Assembly: GCA_964614405.1 (NCBI GenBank)
Contig: CAZTLS010000012.1
Location: 1,678 to 65,677, forward strand
Reading direction: 5' to 3'
Origin: an uncultured Pleurocapsa sp.
GTDB taxonomy: Bacteria; Chloroflexota; Anaerolineae; Aggregatilineales; Phototrophicaceae
DNA: 64,000 nucleotides
The translations under genes were made by a program, and so were the position numbers. Of the stretch, positions 59,448 to 64,000 are shown one piece after another. How positions within the stretch are numbered: the stretch's first letter is position 1; each line of letters opens with the position of its first letter. The notes beneath the pieces are model-generated. The model saw nothing but the letters and a program-made list of their open reading frames with translations, ran no database searches and was not told where the DNA came from.

Positions 59448-59540
59448 CGGGGCGTGTCCTCTCGTGAATGCAGGATGCGGGTCATGCACTCATCTTGCCC
59501 AACGCGCCGCGCCGGGTCAAGCCCCGGCGCGATCCATCGC

Positions 59541-61034
59541 TCACAACCCAGGCATGACGCGCCGCAGCGCCCGGATGATCTGATACGATCGGCGGATGAG
59601 CGTGTTCGCCTGCACGGGTTCGGGGTTTCGCAGCGGCACGCGATCGACGATGACGCTCTGCGGCTGGGTATAGCGCATCATCCCTTCGTGTCCGCCGCGC
59701 CGACCCAGCCCGCTGGCAGGTTTCATGCCGCCCATCGCCGCGCCCGCCGTGACGTAGAACAACTGCACCCCGTTGATCGAGACATCGCCCGCCTCCAGCC
59801 GCGCGGCGCATCGCCGCGCCCGCCGTTCATCCCGGCTGAACACCGATGCCGACAGCCCATAGCGCGAGTCGTTCGCCAGCCGCACCGCCTCATCTTCATC
59901 GCGCACGCGCATGACGGGCAGCAGCGGCGCGAACGACTCATCGCGCATCACGTCCATCTCGTGCGAGACCTCGGTCAGCACGGTTGGGGCGTAGAAGAGC
60001 GCGCCATGTTCCTCCATGCGCCGTCCCCCCGTCAGCAGATGCGCGCCTTTGGCGATGGCATCCGCGACATGCGCTTCGGCGCGCGCCAGTTCGCGCGGGT
60101 GCGAGAGGCTGCCCATATGTACATCGTATCCTTCTCCTGCCCCGCACACCATGCCCTCGACGTGCGCGCGCAGCCGACTGAGGAAGCGGTCGTACACCCC
60201 GGCTTCGACGTACACCCGCTCGACGCCGACGCACGCCTGCCCTGCGTTCTCCAGCCCGCCGCGCACGGCACACAGCGCCGCCAGATCGGGGTCGGCGTCA
60301 TCCAGCACGATCATGGCGTCTTTGCCGCCCAGTTCGAGGCTGCACGGGATGAGCCGTTCGGCACAGCGCACGGCGATGGCGCGCCCGGTGGCGGTGCTGC
60401 CTGTGAAGGCGACCATATCGACCTGATCGATGAGCGCGCGCCCGGTCTCGGCGTCACCGGTGACGATCTGGATGATGTCAGCGGGCACGCCCGCCTCGAC
60501 CAGCCGCTCAGCGGCATAGAGCGCGGTCAGCGGCGTCACCTCACTCGGCTTGACGACGACGGCGCACCCGGCGATGAGTGCGGGCACGACATCGCACCAG
60601 ATGTTCATGTACGGGTAGTTCCAGGGGGTGATCGCGCCGATCACCGGGTAGGGCACGGGATGGATGTGCGCGCTGTAGAAGATGGGCAGCAGCGTTTTGC
60701 GCCGCTGAGGACGCAGCAGGCGCGGGGCAGCCCAGGCGTAATAGGCGACCAGGTTGTCCACGATGCCCAGTTCAGCGAACGCCGAAGCGCGCGTCTTGCC
60801 CGTCTCAGCGCGCAGCGAGGCGAACAGCGCTTCCTGATCCGCCCAGATCGCCGCTGCCCAGCGCCTGAGGATACGTCCGCGTTCACGGGCGGTCAGGCGC
60901 GCCCAGGCAGGTTGGGCGGCACGGGCGCGGGCGACGGCGGCACGCACCGCATCAGCATCGTGGATGGGTACATGCCCGATCAGCGCACCGCTGACCGGGT
61001 TGTGAACGGCGATGGTACGGTCGGTGGCGGGCAT
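59541..61034 (-). CDS. Aldehyde dehydrogenase family protein
   Basis: ITPWNYP, VVKPSEVTP, FTGSTATG, LELGGKD, NAGQAC, ESFAP, NDSRYGLSAS; start inferred at MPATDRT. Confidence 0.92.
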   Translation of the reverse strand: MPATDRTIAVHNPVSGALIGHVPIHDADAVRAAVARARAAQPAWARLTARERGRILRRWAAAIWADQEALFASLRAETGKTRASAFAELGIVDNLVAYYAWAAPRLLRPQRRKTLLPIFYSAHIHPVPYPVIGAITPWNYPYMNIWCDVVPALIAGCAVVVKPSEVTPLTALYAAERLVEAGVPADIIQIVTGDAETGRALIDQVDMVAFTGSTATGRAIAVRCAERLIPCSLELGGKDAMIVLDDADPDLAALCAVRGGLENAGQACVGVERVYVEAGVYDRFLSRLRAHVEGMVCGAGEGYDVHMGSLSHPRELARAEAHVADAIAKGAHLLTGGRRMEEHGALFYAPTVLTEVSHEMDVMRDESFAPLLPVMRVRDEDEAVRLANDSRYGLSASVFSRDERRARRCAARLEAGDVSINGVQLFYVTAGAAMGGMKPASGLGRRGGHEGMMRYTQPQSVIVDRVPLRNPEPVQANTLIRRSYQIIRALRRVMPGL

Positions 61035-61038
61035 CGGT

Positions 61039-62163
61039 TCATCCCTCCTGCGTGGTGGATGGTGTGGGCGCAGCGCGGCGGCGCAACCAGGCGCGGGCGC
61101 GCGGCACAGCACCCTCATAAAGTGTGTAGAGCGGCGGATAGGGCACGTAATCCCATGCGCCGATGTGCCGGGTGACCACGCCGCGAAAGCCGCGCTTGAA
61201 CTGATACACGCCCCACATGCGATCGGATGGGTCGAACACATCGGGCGCGCCCCAGAAGTCATAGCGCGCCAGCCCGCGCGCCTGCGCCCACTGAATGGCG
61301 TGCCACTGGAGCAGATAGTTGGGCATGACCTCGCGCGCTTCGTCCGCCGATGCACCGTACATGTACCAGCACGTCCCGCCGAAAGCGTACAGGATGACGT
61401 GGGCGATGGCGCGCCCGCGATATTCAGCGATGAGCGGCTGTGCCAGACCCGCCTCGATGAAGCGCTGCCATGCCTCGACGTAGTAGGCGCGCGGACGGAT
61501 GAGGAAGTCATCACGCGCGCCCGTCACCTGATACAGCGCATAGAGCAGGTCGAGGTCATCCAGCCCGCCTGAGCGGATGACCACGCCCGCCTTTTCCGCC
61601 ATGCGAATCTTGCGCCGCGTACTCTGGTTCATGCCAGCAAGCAGGGCATCGGGCGAATGCACCAGATCGAGGACGATGGTGTTGCGGAACTGCACCTGAT
61701 CGGCGCTGAAGCGCCAGCGGCGATCGCGCAGCTCTGCCATGAAGCGCGCGCCATCGGGGTGGCGGGCGCTCATGGCGGCGGGCGAGGGGGCGTCGTCGTC
61801 GTTCGGGTCGCCCGTCGCGGCGATGACATCCGGGTCGATCTTGAGCCAGACCGCCCGGTAGTGCCTGGCGATCTGCTGAAGGTGATCGAGGATGCGGTGT
61901 GTGAGCGGCAGATCGGCGGGGTCGAAGACGGGTCCCTTCGGCGCGTACAGCACGTTGACCGGACCGACATGCCGCATGCCGAGGCTGACCATGCCGACGA
62001 TCGCGCCGTCGCGCTGATAGGCGATGCGGATCGGCTGCCAGCCGGTCGTGTGCTGCTTGAAATCGCCCCATTCCCACGTTTGCAGGATGTGCGCGCCTGG
62101 CAGCTTCGCCAGCGCGCTGTTCCAGGTCGTGCGGTCGTCAATCCGAACGATGTCGATGCTCAC
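61039..62163 (-). CDS. FemABX family peptidoglycan bridge aminoacyl transferase
   Basis: HILQTWEWG.FK, YAPKGP, LKIDP, QFRNTIVLDL, RRKIRMA, WYMYGAS, YDFWG, GVYQFKRGF; GTG start. Confidence 0.92.
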   Translation of the reverse strand: MSIDIVRIDDRTTWNSALAKLPGAHILQTWEWGDFKQHTTGWQPIRIAYQRDGAIVGMVSLGMRHVGPVNVLYAPKGPVFDPADLPLTHRILDHLQQIARHYRAVWLKIDPDVIAATGDPNDDDAPSPAAMSARHPDGARFMAELRDRRWRFSADQVQFRNTIVLDLVHSPDALLAGMNQSTRRKIRMAEKAGVVIRSGGLDDLDLLYALYQVTGARDDFLIRPRAYYVEAWQRFIEAGLAQPLIAEYRGRAIAHVILYAFGGTCWYMYGASADEAREVMPNYLLQWHAIQWAQARGLARYDFWGAPDVFDPSDRMWGVYQFKRGFRGVVTRHIGAWDYVPYPPLYTLYEGAVPRARAWLRRRAAPTPSTTQEG

Positions 62164-63181
62164 GCCATTTCACCACCGTCTGATAGAGCGAATACACTAC
62201 CGGATGATACACCCGTTCCCACGCGCCCACTGAGCGGACGATCCGCCCACCCCAGCCGCGTTTGAAGCCATACACCCCCCACAGCCCGTCAGAGCGCGAC
62301 TCGAACTCCGCTTCAAGCTGATCGGGCGGCGCATCGGGGATGCCCCACATGTCGTAGACCGCACAGCCGCGCGCCCGCGCCCACTGAATGGCGACCCACT
62401 GCGCGCCGTAACTCGCCATCAGGTTGCGGTGCGCGTCGGACGAGCCGCCGTAGAGATACCACGCCGTCCGCCCGATGGCGAAGACCATGACGCCCGCCAG
62501 CGCCTCACCCCGATGTTCAGCGAGGATGAGCGCGCCGTCGTGTGGGACGAAACGGGCGAACATGCCCGCGTAATAGTCCGCCGGGTATGTGCCGAAAGCG
62601 TTGCGCGCCCCGGTGCGCGCCATCAGGTCGGTGAAGCGGGGCAGGTCTGCCGCCGTTGCCTCACGGTAGGTGACCTCTCCCTTGAGGCTCCGGCGGATTT
62701 TGCGGCGCGTCCCCTGGTTCATGCGCGCCAGCATCACGTCATCATCCGCAAGGTCGATCAGGATGGTGTTCGGCGGCTGGATCGTCTGGGTCGTTGGCTG
62801 AAAGCCGAGCGCTGCCGGGTCAGGGGCGTCCGCATCGAAGATGCCTGGCTCCCACTTCATGAAGACCGCCCCGCCTGTGCGTGCCGCGTCGTGCAGCGCA
62901 CCCCAGACGGCGTGCGTCAGCGCCGGCGAGTCATCGCGCAGCAGCGGAGCCATCGCCAGATACGCCATCGCCCCGGCGCGCAGCGGCAGCGGACGGAAGA
63001 GCAACAGCCCGCCCCCCGCCAGCGCCCCGGTGGAGTCGGCAATGCCGACGAGCGCATGACGCCAGCCGAAAGCGCTCTTGTGTGCGCCCCAGCCGGACAT
63101 CTGGAGGATGTGGGCGCGCGGATGGGCGCGGACGAAAGCGTCCCACTGGTCGGGCGTGGGAGTGAACGGGGTGAAGGTCAC
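62138..63181 (-). CDS. FemABX family peptidoglycan bridge aminoacyl transferase (second paralogue)
   Basis: HILQMSGWG.HK, FMKWEP, IQPPNTILIDL, RRKIRRS, WYLYGGS, YDMWG, GVYGFKRGWGG; overlaps the next gene by 26 nt. Confidence 0.92.
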   Translation of the reverse strand: MTFTPFTPTPDQWDAFVRAHPRAHILQMSGWGAHKSAFGWRHALVGIADSTGALAGGGLLLFRPLPLRAGAMAYLAMAPLLRDDSPALTHAVWGALHDAARTGGAVFMKWEPGIFDADAPDPAALGFQPTTQTIQPPNTILIDLADDDVMLARMNQGTRRKIRRSLKGEVTYREATAADLPRFTDLMARTGARNAFGTYPADYYAGMFARFVPHDGALILAEHRGEALAGVMVFAIGRTAWYLYGGSSDAHRNLMASYGAQWVAIQWARARGCAVYDMWGIPDAPPDQLEAEFESRSDGLWGVYGFKRGWGGRIVRSVGAWERVYHPVVYSLYQTVVKWREHRHRSD

Positions 63182-63261
63182 GCGGTGATGCCTCTGTGCA
63201 GCAGGAAAGACAGGATGAATGGTAGCAGAGTTGGCAAAGGGCGGCTATGGCGATCCGCCGC

Positions 63262-63290
63262 TTGACAGAGGGGAAGCGGGGAATTATCAT
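63262..63290 (+). promoter_or_regulatory. sigma70 promoter of tRNA-Ala
   Basis: TTGACA-17 nt-TATCAT. Confidence 0.75.
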
Positions 63291-63307
63291 TAAGCGACAT
63301 CTGAAAC

Positions 63308-63380
63308 GGGCCTGTAGCTCAGCTGGAAGAGCGCTTCAATGGCATTGAAGAGGTCAGGGGTTCGAGTCCCCTCTGGTCCA
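63308..63380 (+). tRNA. tRNA-Ala(GGC)
   Basis: Cloverleaf with anticodon loop ATGGCAT, G3:U70 Ala identity pair and T-loop TTCGAGT; U6:U67 mismatch; CCA not encoded. Confidence 0.96.
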
Positions 63381-63459
63381 CACCTCCCGTTCCCCCCATG
63401 TCATGTGTGCCACCTTTGTGATTGCCTGATCCACGTAGTCTGGTCAGAGGTCTGTCTGC

Positions 63460-64000
63460 CTATCCTCCGAGTGCGTATACCCGCAGCAGCGGACGCCCCG
63501 GCGCACCTTCAATTTCAGCCACCAGCCGACCTGGTGCTGTGTTCGGCGCGTAAGGCAGGTCTTCCAGCACAGCATAGATGTGGGGCGCGCGATTCGCGTC
63601 CAACTGGGCGGCAAGCGCCGGAATGTCCTCTCCATTCGGGTTGAGGCGTGGGCAATCCACGCGCAGATCGCCCGCGATGTAACGGAGGCTGAGGCAGTTG
63701 GCAAACACGCCGATCACGCGCTCTGCGCCTTCTGCGCGCAGCACATGCAGCGTCTCAGGCAATCCAAAGCCGCTCCCTTCTGCCGTGATGTACTCGCTGC
63801 GATCGTTGGCTGTCGGCGGCAGCGTGCGCGGATCACCTGTCAGCGATGCCATGAATGGCAGCCAAACCCCGATCGCCCACACAGCAATGAGCGCCAGCGC
63901 TGCATAGCGAAGCCATGATCCGCGTCTGACGTTGATCGTTTCTGCGGCGGCTGCACCGCACAGCAGCAGCAGACTCAGCGGCGCGATGATGTGGCGCGAA
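63460..64000 (-). CDS. 3' part of a membrane protein (possibly ArnT/PMT-like glycosyltransferase), truncated by window edge
   Basis: The frame stays open to the window end (SRHIIAPLSLLLLCG..YAALALIAVWAIGVWLPF); TM helices followed by a soluble C-terminal domain. Confidence 0.55.
   Translation of the reverse strand, partial: SRHIIAPLSLLLLCGAAAAETINVRRGSWLRYAALALIAVWAIGVWLPFMASLTGDPRTLPPTANDRSEYITAEGSGFGLPETLHVLRAEGAERVIGVFANCLSLRYIAGDLRVDCPRLNPNGEDIPALAAQLDANRAPHIYAVLEDLPYAPNTAPGRLVAEIEGAPGRPLLRVYALGG

Overview
High-GC bacterial core-chromosome segment. By inference it comes from Chloroflexota, probably an Anaerolineae-like lineage: Thr/Pro-rich lipoproteins, a V4R protein, Uma2 paralogues, short EF-Ts, greA-lysS and GTAG-type REPs. 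It is dense in housekeeping genes (trpS, rnj, miaB, lysS, greA, rpsB-tsf-pyrH, gcvH-gcvPA-gcvPB under a glycine riboswitch, gabT, murJ, two FemABX ligases, pdxT) and RNA genes (tRNA-Pro(CGG), tRNA-Ala(GGC), RNase P RNA, tmRNA). The most unusual elements are: (1) an orphan 61-aa ORF whose leader is in exact register with paeninodin-type lasso peptide precursors, with its own promoter and terminator but no maturation genes in the window; (2) a 784-aa protein fusing receiver-like, Roadblock-like and apparently catalytically dead IS200/Y1 transposase-like domains; (3) an intact cas1-cas2-cas4 module directly behind rnpB with no CRISPR array or effector genes; (4) an identical-looking 595-bp tandem duplication of a Uma2 gene starting near the predicted transcription start; (5) a family of 80-bp palindromic repeats found only between convergent genes; (6) a 67-aa protein that is 64% Asp/Glu. 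All domain calls were made by eye from motifs; no database searches were run.
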